DNA of 41,543 nt from Bdellovibrionales bacterium (GCA_031426555.1 JANPLN010000016.1:1-41543); one strand, 5' to 3'. Positions 27,345 to 36,526 are shown, numbered from the stretch's first letter. Made by a program: numbers and translations. The notes: a model not told the origin generated them from the letters alone.

Positions 27345-28592
27345 TTAGATGTTTTGCTGAAATTTTAATTTGACCCGATACTGCATTGCCGGACCAGAGG
27401 TGATACCGTGTAAAACAATAGACGAGGCAACAACCACCAATACGGAAGCGAAAACATCGTGCCATTGGGAAGGGAGTCCGTTGTTGTAGGCATACGTCAG
27501 GTAATAAATAGAGCCCACTCCGCGCACTCCGAGCCATGAAATCAAGGCCACCGACACCCAGTCTTTCTTCACCCAACCCAACAGGTGCATCAAAAGAAAC
27601 GCCAAGGGACGAAGCACAAAAATGACAATGAACGCCAAGAAAAAATGTTCTTTGCGAAGATGAATGTCGGCCATAAGGATGCCGACAATGATGACCGTAA
27701 GAAATTCTAAGATCCGCTCCAGCTGTTCAGAAAACTGCAGCAAGTAGGGAGCGGTCTTAATATTTGTTTCGCCAGTGGCGTGAATGTTTGTATCGACATG
27801 GCGAAAATAGAGACCAGCAAGAAAACACGCCACAAAGCCGTAGGTGTGAGCATAAAGGGCGCAGGCATAGGCGGAAAAAAGAATTCCTAAACAAAACAGA
27901 TCCTCCACAATGTTGTTTTCGCCGTCTTTGCGAAGAAAGCTCGCCACTTTCGCCGATACCAAACCGAAGACCACACCGACGGCGACCGAACCGAGAACGG
28001 CCCACAAAACATCGCGAAAAAACCAAATCGACCACGAAAAATCCATGGCCGGCACAACAGCAAGAGTCAGCGTGAGGACGACAAACGGAAAAGCAGCCCC
28101 GTCATTCATGGCGGCCTCTGCCGTCAGGTGAAAGCGTAACCAGTCTTTATCTTTTTCACTGCGAACTTGCACAGTGGATGCGAGCACGGGATCCGTGGGA
28201 GCCAATATTGCACCCAACAACGCCGCGACAACAAAGGGAACACCATAGAGGAATGTGCCCACCACGGCGACTCCTAAGATGGTGAGGGCCATAACAACAA
28301 TGGTTAATACAATTGCTTGCCACCACCGGCCTTGAGGTTGACGGATTCTTAGCTTGAGGCCTGCTGTGAACACAGAGATGAGGACCGCAATTTCAGCCAT
28401 GGTCTCGAGGAGAGGAGAATCCTGCTGGAGGTCCATGCTCATTTTTCCAAGCACCCAAGGCCCCAGCACAAAACCCACTGCGAGATAGATGATTGAGTTA
28501 GAAACTGGAAGTGGCTCTAATCGTTTGCTCAGCACTGCCATGGAGCCAAGGACAAGACCCGAAACTAAATACCAAAAAGCTGTGTCGTTCAT
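27345..28592 (-). CDS. Cation:proton antiporter (CPA1/NhaP type)
   Basis: GAILAPTDPVLAS, EAAMNDG, WLGVRGVGSIYY, SIVLHG; about 12 TM. Start placed at ATG 28592. Confidence 0.93.
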   Translation of the reverse strand: MNDTAFWYLVSGLVLGSMAVLSKRLEPLPVSNSIIYLAVGFVLGPWVLGKMSMDLQQDSPLLETMAEIAVLISVFTAGLKLRIRQPQGRWWQAIVLTIVVMALTILGVAVVGTFLYGVPFVVAALLGAILAPTDPVLASTVQVRSEKDKDWLRFHLTAEAAMNDGAAFPFVVLTLTLAVVPAMDFSWSIWFFRDVLWAVLGSVAVGVVFGLVSAKVASFLRKDGENNIVEDLFCLGILFSAYACALYAHTYGFVACFLAGLYFRHVDTNIHATGETNIKTAPYLLQFSEQLERILEFLTVIIVGILMADIHLRKEHFFLAFIVIFVLRPLAFLLMHLLGWVKKDWVSVALISWLGVRGVGSIYYLTYAYNNGLPSQWHDVFASVLVVVASSIVLHGITSGPAMQYRVKLKFQQNI

Positions 28593-28631
28593 CGATGGAT
28601 TGTTATGCAATAGCTATGCACCGATCCAAAG

Positions 28632-28647
28632 TGCAAGAACTGCACCT
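28632..28647 (-). promoter_or_regulatory. Possible sigma-54 -24/-12 promoter for the antiporter
   Basis: Minus strand AGGTGCAGTTCTTGCA (GG-N10-GC with TTGCA), about 40 nt upstream of ATG 28592. Confidence 0.35.
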
Positions 28648-28749
28648 TATGGTCCAAAATTCTACCGGACTTGAGCGCAATGAGTAGATTTTCATCGTCA
28701 ATTGAGTAATGCTTAAGTTTTGGCAAAAAGACTACTTCGGAGGTCCTAG

Positions 28750-29088
28750 GTGAGTTGGTTTTTAATGGCGTTTAAAAAATATTTTGAATTTTCTGGAAGA
28801 GCTCGTCGCAAAGAGTATTGGATGTTTTTATTTTTTGCGATGTTGATTTCGTTTGTCGTTGGGTTTGTAGCGGCCCTTTCAAAATTACCTGCTTTTGTAC
28901 TGGTGATTTATCAAATCTTCATCATTATCCCCAACATCGCCCTCGGAGTTCGCCGCTGTCACGACGTGGACCACAGAGGGTGGTGGCTGATGCTCCCAAT
29001 CTATAATTTCGTTTTGATGTGCTACCCTGGCAACATCGGACCCAACCGTTTTGGACCCGATCCTAAGAACACAAATCCCGTACCTTAG
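28750..29088 (+). CDS. DUF805 (YhaH/YhaI-like) inner-membrane protein
   Basis: KKYFEFSGRARRKEYW, VRRCHD...GWW, GPNRFGPDP; GGAGG RBS. Confidence 0.93.
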   Translation: MSWFLMAFKKYFEFSGRARRKEYWMFLFFAMLISFVVGFVAALSKLPAFVLVIYQIFIIIPNIALGVRRCHDVDHRGWWLMLPIYNFVLMCYPGNIGPNRFGPDPKNTNPVP

Positions 29089-29092
29089 CCCG

Positions 29093-29136
29093 TTCTCAAA
29101 TTGAGAATGGGTGTTCAGAATTGGGAAAATTCTGAA
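29093..29136. promoter_or_regulatory. Two adjacent palindromes upstream of the cytochrome c operon
   Basis: TTCTCA-AAT-TGAGAA (29093-29107) and TTCAGAATT-N5-AATTCTGAA (29114-29136). Confidence 0.45.
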
Positions 29137-29176
29137 TCGTTTTGTGTATCATGTTGAGCAGTAAGTCACATTTGAG

Positions 29177-30049
29177 TTGGTTTACGTCGTCGCGCCCGAT
29201 ATTCTAAAAAGAAGCCTTGGGGGAGCACTGAAGCGTTACTTTTCAACCATTATTCTGTTTGCCTTCCTTTTGGTAAGTTATCAAAACTGCTCTAACGGTT
29301 ATAAGTCGGTCACGGGCGGAGCCTTAAACGCCAGCGAACAACTCGCGGCCGTTGAATCGGCGGCAAAGACTGTCTTGGCAAACCAATGCACAAGTTGTCA
29401 TGGTGCTGTAGGGTTGGGTGGCCTTAGCAATATCATGGATACTAACTCACTCATATCCGGTGGATTTTTAGTTCCTGGAAATCCCACGGGATCCAAACTT
29501 TTTCAAGTGTTGCAGTCTGGAAGAATGCCTCCAGCAGGTCCCTTGGTGGTGCAAAATCAAAAAATCATTTCTGATTGGATTACACTCCTCGGCGGCGGTT
29601 CGCTGGACGGTCAAGATCCTGTGCTGGTCTATCTGGAGTTTAATATGACTCCGTCTCTTGAGCCTTTATTATTTCAGATTCGCCTTGGCAAAGTGGCAAA
29701 CACATTGAATGTGGCCGAAAGTCATTCGGCACTGAGCTCGCTGCGTAACAATCGATTCTTGCTCGGTGATTATGATTTTGCAAACTCGGTTTCCCCGAGA
29801 ACTACCTGGGAGTCTTCGGACATGGGCCGATGGCTCGAAAACATCCAACCGGCGTGCAGCGGAACGCGCCCGACCAATCCGTGGCCAAATGCCGCCAACA
29901 CACTTTTTGCACGAGCCTACGGCCGAGCCATGTTGGCTGCAGACACGGTGATCATGAACGATCTCGATAGACTAAGCATCCCGGGCGAAGAAAAATATGA
30001 GATACTATGCATGGTTTTACTTAGCTCTATGGAGTTTGTTGCAAGATGA
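29177..30049 (+). CDS. c-type cytochrome lipoprotein (planctomycete cytochrome c-like domain); true start possibly CTG 29228
   Basis: Lipobox YQNC; CTSCH haem motif; LVPGNPTGSKLF...RMPP...IISDWI signature with a Met axial ligand. Confidence 0.85.
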   Translation: MVYVVAPDILKRSLGGALKRYFSTIILFAFLLVSYQNCSNGYKSVTGGALNASEQLAAVESAAKTVLANQCTSCHGAVGLGGLSNIMDTNSLISGGFLVPGNPTGSKLFQVLQSGRMPPAGPLVVQNQKIISDWITLLGGGSLDGQDPVLVYLEFNMTPSLEPLLFQIRLGKVANTLNVAESHSALSSLRNNRFLLGDYDFANSVSPRTTWESSDMGRWLENIQPACSGTRPTNPWPNAANTLFARAYGRAMLAADTVIMNDLDRLSIPGEEKYEILCMVLLSSMEFVAR

Positions 30050-31128
30050 AAAAGTACATTTTTATTTTTAGCTTTATCTTAAGTTTAATTTTTCCTGCGG
30101 CAGGTTTTGCCCAGAATGAATCACGCGCGCAGGTTTTGAGTTATATGCGATACCTCAGCTCGATGCTTGTGCATCGTTCGCTGACCAGCGCAGAAGCGAC
30201 GAGACTTCAGTCTGAGGGAAAAGCAGCCATTGCACCTATCGTCGAGCAATGGACGCGAGAAGAAAACTTTTCGCAAAGTGTGCGAATCTACGTTGAAAAT
30301 TTATTGCAGGTGAGCGGATCAAGTAACGGGATCAATTTTAGTTTGCCAGGAAATTTAGGATTGGACATTGCTCGAAAAAACCGACCCTATGGAGATCTAC
30401 TAACAGCGAGTCAGTGCGTGAATGCCTCGGGCCAAGTGATTGCGTGTGATACTAACGCACCATTTACGGCGGGTGTGTTAACCACACGCGCTTACTTGGT
30501 TAAATATGCGGGAGCGTATAATATCTCCCGGGCCGGAAAAATGACCTACAAGTTTTTATGTATGGAATATCCCTTCCCGCAAAATGAAGAACCCTCTTTA
30601 ACTCAGCAAGATCTCATCGCGCAATTTGCGACAACCGCCGGAGCGATCACTTTTGGTAATGGAAATAACTGTTTCAGCTGCCATTCCCAGTTTGGTCACC
30701 ATGCCCAGTTTATGGTTAAATTTGATGCCAATGGATTTTATCAGGCCAATGGTTCGGGATTGCAAAATCCAGGTGCCGGCGATGGTGCCTCCTTCAATGG
30801 GTTGATGACATCGCACTTTATTAGTTCTGCCCGAGCTGCCAACGAGCGAAGTCAAATGCTGGGGCGACAAGCGGCTAACTTAGCAGAGGCCGCGCGCGCC
30901 ATGGTCGACAGTCGACGATTTCTACCCTGTGCCACTAAAAATTTAATGAAGCATTATCTGAAGCTTAAAGATCAAGACGTAGTGACCCTTCGGCCCGAGC
31001 TGTTGGAGGAAATTACTAAACTTGCGAAAACCAGAAATGCGCAACCCAGTTTTGCAGATCTTTTGATTACTATTATTTCTCACCCAAAAGTTTTTGATTC
31101 TTTCACAAAAACCGGAGTACAGCCATGA
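30046..31128 (+). CDS. Exported CxxCH-containing hypothetical protein (DUF1588/DUF1585-like)
   Basis: Signal peptide ending in GFA; AGVLTTRAYL...SRA...FLC followed by CFSCH; LAEAARAM...F.PC...LMKHYL C-terminal region; 4-nt overlap with the upstream gene. Confidence 0.7.
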   Translation: MKKYIFIFSFILSLIFPAAGFAQNESRAQVLSYMRYLSSMLVHRSLTSAEATRLQSEGKAAIAPIVEQWTREENFSQSVRIYVENLLQVSGSSNGINFSLPGNLGLDIARKNRPYGDLLTASQCVNASGQVIACDTNAPFTAGVLTTRAYLVKYAGAYNISRAGKMTYKFLCMEYPFPQNEEPSLTQQDLIAQFATTAGAITFGNGNNCFSCHSQFGHHAQFMVKFDANGFYQANGSGLQNPGAGDGASFNGLMTSHFISSARAANERSQMLGRQAANLAEAARAMVDSRRFLPCATKNLMKHYLKLKDQDVVTLRPELLEEITKLAKTRNAQPSFADLLITIISHPKVFDSFTKTGVQP

Positions 31129-32672
31129 AGTTTGATGATTTAGACAAAATGTCGCCCCTCGAAAGACGTGAGTTTTTAACCTCACTCAGTGGATTTTTAG
31201 CATTTCCATTACTCCCAAAATCCACCTACGAAGCCATGTACGAAATTGTTTTTGGCCAAGAAGCCATGGCTCAGTCTGCACAACCTATCAATTTGATCGA
31301 AATCAATTTTCGCGACCAGTGGGATTGGGGACATCTGTTTGTACCTCCCAGCGTGGCCCGCTCCTATGACACTATCTCCAGTCGCGTGGCTTTGTTTGAT
31401 CGCCCCATTCAAGAACGTCGAAATTTTTATGTCACTCCCCAAGCCGCTGAACTCAGACCCCATTTAGATACCATCGCAGTGATGGAGCTTGGCGATTGCA
31501 CCCTTGCTGGAAACGAGTCTATTCATGGTCACGAGGCCGGAAACCCATTGAGATCTCCGGGGCGCAGCAAGCAGTCGGCAGCCGGAAAAATAGATATGGC
31601 GACCTCCGACCGTCGACCGGGAACTGGTGGAAACGAGATTCTCTACAGCTCGTCGCCAACGCCCATGATTTTGCATAATTACTATCAAAAAAGTTTAAAT
31701 CCGCAATTGCAAAATGGGGCTATTTTAAGAAGTTCAGTAAGATCAGGGACCCATACCTTTTATCATTTTGAGGGAAATTTAGCCAATGCGCAGGCCGATC
31801 GTTTTTTTGATCGAAACACTTTTTTAGCGGCCTTTGGTAACGCGACGGTGCCTTCGCCTACGATGCAAACCAATCTGCAAAAACATGGCTCCTTGATTGC
31901 GCAGATTTTAAAGAAAGTGGATCAAAATTATCTCACCCGAATGCTAAGTTCGACTCAACAGCAAGTCAATCACACTGCAAAACTTAATGCCTTGGAGGCC
32001 TCATTGATGTCTACGGTGCCACAGCCATCGGGGCCGATTCAGTTGAGCGCCAGTGAGTTAAACTATTGGACCACAGGAATCTCCGCACAGCTCACCTGTC
32101 CCGGCGACAATGCGGACGCGTGCACTGTGAGCAGTGGTCGCTGGCACGTGGGCGAGCTTTTTGGTTATGCTTATAAATTACTAGCGTCGGGCCGTGTGCG
32201 ATCCGTCGGTATTGATTTCGACATTCATGATGTGCACACCAATCGAACTCCGTTTTTAATGAATGCCATGGCTCAGCAGTCGGGTTGGACTCTGGCCCGT
32301 TTAATCACGCAACTCAAGGCGGCTGGCCTGTATGATCGCACAGTGATTGCCATGTACACTTTGGATGGTGGACGCTCTCCACTCCTTAACACCACAGGAG
32401 ACGGCACAAAAAATGGCGTGGTGCTCGCAGGCGGAATGATTCGTGGTGGGTATTTTGGTGACATTGCGGTTTCTAATTCGGGGCAAGTGACATATCGGCG
32501 CCCTGATGCTGCTGGAAATCCCATTGCTGGCGGCTCCATGGGGCGCGATATGCGCGTTCCCGCAGCCGACGTTTATAAAACTGTGGCGAAAGCCGCAGGT
32601 ATTCCAGACACGGTTGTAAACTCGTTGCCTGATGTGCGCAACGGCACAGTGATGAATTACATGCTGTCGTAA
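31125..32672 (+). CDS. Tat-exported DUF1501/DUF1552-like protein (alkaline-phosphatase-like fold suspected)
   Basis: Twin-arginine signal ERREFL...AMA; FDIHDVH; LKAAGLYDRTVIAM..DGGRSP; VVLAGGMIRGG..G; PAADVYKTVAKAAG. Confidence 0.7.
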   Translation: MKFDDLDKMSPLERREFLTSLSGFLAFPLLPKSTYEAMYEIVFGQEAMAQSAQPINLIEINFRDQWDWGHLFVPPSVARSYDTISSRVALFDRPIQERRNFYVTPQAAELRPHLDTIAVMELGDCTLAGNESIHGHEAGNPLRSPGRSKQSAAGKIDMATSDRRPGTGGNEILYSSSPTPMILHNYYQKSLNPQLQNGAILRSSVRSGTHTFYHFEGNLANAQADRFFDRNTFLAAFGNATVPSPTMQTNLQKHGSLIAQILKKVDQNYLTRMLSSTQQQVNHTAKLNALEASLMSTVPQPSGPIQLSASELNYWTTGISAQLTCPGDNADACTVSSGRWHVGELFGYAYKLLASGRVRSVGIDFDIHDVHTNRTPFLMNAMAQQSGWTLARLITQLKAAGLYDRTVIAMYTLDGGRSPLLNTTGDGTKNGVVLAGGMIRGGYFGDIAVSNSGQVTYRRPDAAGNPIAGGSMGRDMRVPAADVYKTVAKAAGIPDTVVNSLPDVRNGTVMNYMLS

Positions 32673-32715
32673 ATTCAAGGTTGATCTCTCAGCGAAGCTG
32701 AACGAGATTGTCAGG

Positions 32716-33174
32716 ATGTTGAAACACCAATCCAAATGCCCGCCCTTTATGAAAGAACATGTTTTTGAACGTTTTTTTCCCGTTCGCGCAGAAAAAATCG
32801 ATACCATCTGGCAAGGCCTCAACCTGCGCGAAAGCTTTGTCAAAGGCCAAGTGTTTCCCTATCGCGTGGAATTTGATTCACCGTCGCAGGAAGGACCTTT
32901 TCAAGAGGGCGAACTCAATATTCATCATGGACCTGGCCTGAGTGTTCACGGCATCATCGGCAAAGTGCAAAAAGATTACCGTGATCTGCAGTACTTTTAC
33001 GGCTCCTATGTGCTGAGTTTTCGCCTCATCAGACCCGTGCGCCTTGAGTTTTTTCGCGAGGAAAAAGGAATTCGACTCAAGCTTCACTCCTACGTGCGCC
33101 CGTGGATGCTCCCCATTTGGAATACTGGAAACACCATTTTTTGGAAATTCCTAGGAATTACTTTTTTATTTTAG
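32716..33174 (+). CDS. Hypothetical protein (possibly SRPBCC/START-like)
   Basis: Protein-like ORF with IWQGLN...F, HHGP, YFYGSY and WN..FW; alternative start at 32749. Confidence 0.7.
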   Translation: MLKHQSKCPPFMKEHVFERFFPVRAEKIDTIWQGLNLRESFVKGQVFPYRVEFDSPSQEGPFQEGELNIHHGPGLSVHGIIGKVQKDYRDLQYFYGSYVLSFRLIRPVRLEFFREEKGIRLKLHSYVRPWMLPIWNTGNTIFWKFLGITFLF

Positions 33175-33194
33175 TGGCCGGATAATAGCGGAGT

Positions 33195-33587
33195 CTAAAA
33201 CCAGATCGTGTATTCGCAAGACATTTTATCCGGGCTCAGAATCCCAACTCGTGGTCGACAGATTGCTAAAAATTCCGCAAATCCAACAAGAGTTGGATTT
33301 CGCTTGATAATGCGTATGATGTATTCCTTGTAAATCCATTCTCCATCCAAAGAGATGCCCAATGTTTCTTCTGGAAGGACTGAACCAAGGCAATAACCTG
33401 TTTTGGCTTCCTTAGCATACTTAGAATCATCACAAGCCGGAAGCGTGTGCTTTTTCTTTGAATCTTCCTGTGCCGTGGGAAAGAGTCCAAAATCCTTAGA
33501 ACCTGAAAAATGGATTTCAGCCGAAGACGTTTTATAAATTGTGAAAGTACCTAGAAAAACAAACACGAATAAACTCATTTTAAACAT
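33195..33587 (-). CDS. Secreted hypothetical protein with 4 Cys
   Basis: GGGGG RBS; signal peptide ending in SSA. Confidence 0.7.
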   Translation of the reverse strand: MFKMSLFVFVFLGTFTIYKTSSAEIHFSGSKDFGLFPTAQEDSKKKHTLPACDDSKYAKEAKTGYCLGSVLPEETLGISLDGEWIYKEYIIRIIKRNPTLVGFAEFLAICRPRVGILSPDKMSCEYTIWF

Positions 33588-33926
33588 TGGATAATCCCCC
33601 TGATTCCGGTGAGACTTGCCGAAGTTGAGAACTTTTTGAAGTTAAATGAAGCAAGAGATGTAAAGTTTGTAAAATAGTGAGGCTTAATTCGAACTTTTTG
33701 AGATTTTTTTGAAAAGTCTCTTAAAAATATGTCAACTTCCTATTTTAGAAGAGTCCCTCTCCCGATAATTATGAAATCTTTTCTTGCGAAGTAAATCGTA
33801 TAATGACGAGATCGCCGCAGCATAAACTTTTTTACGATGAATAAATTATACTTAGAAGTTTTTTGAGTGTCTTTGCTGTCTCTTAAATAAATAGTGCCCC
33901 TTCAACATTAACGAGGGGATACTCCT

Positions 33927-34529
33927 ATGATAAAGTACATAATTGTAAGTCTAGCGATGTTTGGTTTTGTTTCGAGCTCAAATGCTCAAGAGCTTGAGCC
34001 TTGGGAAGTGGAACTTGCCACTTGGACAAAAGACGCGCCAGAAATGAATTCGGGACTGCTCACACTCTACTGGGCGCAGCATGTGACTTCTGCTGTTGTG
34101 ATCTGTGGGGTATCGGAAACCACAGTGCTCGCTGCCATGGCCGCCGACACATTGCCGGTTGGAAATTTACTTTCTGAAATTCTAGCAAACACAGTGGACG
34201 CCGATTACCAGAGCTTGTCCAACAACACTCCGATGGGCGATGCGGCTCAAGGGGCTCTTGGTGGAGCCGGTGCACTAGTTATCGACACTGTTCAGTATCT
34301 GTTTTTGGCTCTCTCTGGCGACACAGACCAGGCTTGGAATGACGTGAGCGGCGCCTACGAGTCTTCGCGCGCGGTGGCCAAAAAGTTGCGCCAAGATTCG
34401 GCACTGTGCACACGCGCCAGCCGCGTTGAACTCTTAATTCGCAAAGAATTATTTGGTCGCCTCTGGGGTCAAGACGGCGTTGAGTTGCAAAAGCCTTTAG
34501 ATCCTGCAGCTCAAGTGACACTTCCGTAA
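33927..34529 (+). CDS. Secreted hypothetical protein
   Basis: GAGGGG RBS; signal peptide ending in SNA; helical with GALGGAGAL; 2 Cys. Confidence 0.75.
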   Translation: MIKYIIVSLAMFGFVSSSNAQELEPWEVELATWTKDAPEMNSGLLTLYWAQHVTSAVVICGVSETTVLAAMAADTLPVGNLLSEILANTVDADYQSLSNNTPMGDAAQGALGGAGALVIDTVQYLFLALSGDTDQAWNDVSGAYESSRAVAKKLRQDSALCTRASRVELLIRKELFGRLWGQDGVELQKPLDPAAQVTLP

Positions 34530-34547
34530 TCAAATAAGCGATTGTAC

Positions 34548-34573
34548 ACGTGAGATCCCTGCGGGTCTCACGT
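34548..34573. terminator. Hairpin between convergent genes, overlapping the queD stop codon
   Basis: ACGTGAGATCC-CTGC-GGGTCTCACGT (11-bp stem with one G-T pair). Confidence 0.45.
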
Positions 34574-35044
34574 CCACTGGTAGCTTGCGGCCTGGCCGGC
34601 GGTTTCGTAAACCGTGACTGAGAAGCTTTGGAAACTGAGGGACTTTGCGAGCTGCTGATGGATAAAGCGAGCGAGGGACTCGGACGTGATATTGTTAGCA
34701 TCCACGTAAAAAATCTCATTGCTCGGAAAACAATAAATACGATCTTGAAAGCGCACTTCGGTGTGTTTTTTGTAATGCGGACTCTCGGTGATTTTTAAAA
34801 ACGTTGATTTTTTTGGCAGAAGGATTTTTTCGTCCATCTGGTCACACACAGCGCGCACGGTTTTTTTGACAACGTTAAAGTCCACGGCCATTTCGGTATT
34901 TTTGTCCACGTCTTCCAACTGAACTTTTACCGCCACCTGATAATTGTGACCGTGGAGGAGCTCTGCGTGGGACTCACTAAAAATCGTAAAGTGCGACGAG
35001 GAAAATTTGAAATTCTGTTTTTTTAAAAACAAGGCATACGGCAT
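34568..35044 (-). CDS. queD: 6-carboxytetrahydropterin synthase / PTPS family
   Basis: FSSSHF, LHGHNY, VDFNVVK, TSESLARFI, TVYET. Confidence 0.85.
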   Translation of the reverse strand: MPYALFLKKQNFKFSSSHFTIFSESHAELLHGHNYQVAVKVQLEDVDKNTEMAVDFNVVKKTVRAVCDQMDEKILLPKKSTFLKITESPHYKKHTEVRFQDRIYCFPSNEIFYVDANNITSESLARFIHQQLAKSLSFQSFSVTVYETAGQAASYQWT

Positions 35045-35046
35045 AG

Positions 35047-35886
35047 CTAAACCGATACGTCGAAGGTGCGAAGAGCATCGTTCAAAGACGTTTTAAGATC
35101 GGTACTTGGTTTTCTCTTGCCGATGATCAGCGCGCAGGGAACTCCATAGGTTCCGCCAGGAAATGTTTTATCAATGGTTCCAGGAATCACCACGGAGTTT
35201 TCAGGCACAAAGCCAGAATAGGTTTGTGTTTGGCTGGCTGAAACATCGATAATTTTTGTACTGCCAGTGATGGTGACACCAGCGCCGAGCACCGCGCCCT
35301 TAGAAACATGCACGCCTTCCACCAAAATACAGCGACTGCCCAGAAATGCATTGTCTTCGACGATGACAGGTTTGGCTTGCAGAGGTTCAAGCACTCCGCC
35401 AATACCTACGCCGCCCGACACATGTACGTGCTTGCCAACGTAAGCACAGGAGCCCACGGTGGCCCAGGTGTCGATCATGGATCCTGCACCGACGCGAGCG
35501 CCGATGTTCACGTAACTTGGCATAAGCACAGCGCCGCTTTCCACATAGGCTCCCCGGCGAACGATGGCATGGGGAACAACACGCACGCCTTCAGTGCCAG
35601 TCCAGCGCTTCACTGGGATTTTATCGATGTAGTCAAAAGGTCCGTTTTCAATTTTTTCGATCTTGCGGATGCGGAAGTAAAGGAGAATGGCTTTTTTCAC
35701 CCATTCGTTCACGGTCCAGGCTTCGGAACCCATTTCCACAACGCAAAGGCGGCCTTGATCCAAATCGTCGATGCAAGTTTCAACGATACTCTTTTGCGCC
35801 TCGGATAAGGGTTCTGTTTGCGCATACAGTGCTTCGATATTTTTTTGTAGGTCGGTTTTTTGCTGATCAAGATTAGTTGAGCTCAT
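35047..35886 (-). CDS. dapD: 2,3,4,5-tetrahydropyridine-2,6-dicarboxylate N-succinyltransferase
   Basis: WTVNEWVKKAILLYFR, MPSYVNIGA, DTWATVGSCA, GIGGVLEPLQA, KTSLNDALR. Confidence 0.97.
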   Translation of the reverse strand: MSSTNLDQQKTDLQKNIEALYAQTEPLSEAQKSIVETCIDDLDQGRLCVVEMGSEAWTVNEWVKKAILLYFRIRKIEKIENGPFDYIDKIPVKRWTGTEGVRVVPHAIVRRGAYVESGAVLMPSYVNIGARVGAGSMIDTWATVGSCAYVGKHVHVSGGVGIGGVLEPLQAKPVIVEDNAFLGSRCILVEGVHVSKGAVLGAGVTITGSTKIIDVSASQTQTYSGFVPENSVVIPGTIDKTFPGGTYGVPCALIIGKRKPSTDLKTSLNDALRTFDVSV

Positions 35887-36526
35887 AAACTTTTAATCCT
35901 TCTAAGATAGCGGGAACATGAATGGCGCTAATTTGTCGGCCATCAAGGCCGCGCTCCACTTCGTAGGTGAGTGTTGGAATATTTCGTTCGATGCCGGTAT
36001 AGGTTCCAAGGGAGCCAGGAGTTGGGTATCCGATGTCGTCGGTGATGATATAGCCTGTTAATGCCGATACGGCTTTTGCAAAACGTTTGCAGTCGCCATT
36101 TGTGTTCAGCATGGGATTCCACGAATGCATGCTTAAAATAAAATGCGGCTTGTAGGAATTTATATATTCCACAAGACATTGATTTTCGGGTTCGCTGTTG
36201 GAGTGCGTGCCAGGATAGTAAGATTCCTTGGTAAACTGTGCCGACCAATCGGAGGTTGGCAAATTTCGGTTGAGGTCCACACCTGCGGCATTTTTTCGCT
36301 GCTTCAAATGCATGCCGTCGATGTTGAGGCACGGCACAAGCGTTGCTTGATACGAATAAGGAAAGTTTTTTAAAAAAACGCCGAGCAACCCGTGGGTGGC
36401 CTGCATGCCTTCGATTTCGTCGCCATGCACGCCGCCGATAATGAGGATTTTTGTTCCGCTATGCCCAAAGTGATAAGCGGGAATAGGAACGTTGAGTCGA
36501 GTGTGGCCAAAAATAAATGATCTCAT
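35873..36526 (-). CDS. mpaA: Murein peptide amidase A-like M14 zinc peptidase
   Basis: GGVHGDE, NAAGVDLNRN, SEPE, SMHSW, IGYPTPGSLG, TLTYE. Start placed at ATG 36526. Confidence 0.82.
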   Translation of the reverse strand: MRSFIFGHTRLNVPIPAYHFGHSGTKILIIGGVHGDEIEGMQATHGLLGVFLKNFPYSYQATLVPCLNIDGMHLKQRKNAAGVDLNRNLPTSDWSAQFTKESYYPGTHSNSEPENQCLVEYINSYKPHFILSMHSWNPMLNTNGDCKRFAKAVSALTGYIITDDIGYPTPGSLGTYTGIERNIPTLTYEVERGLDGRQISAIHVPAILEGLKVYELN

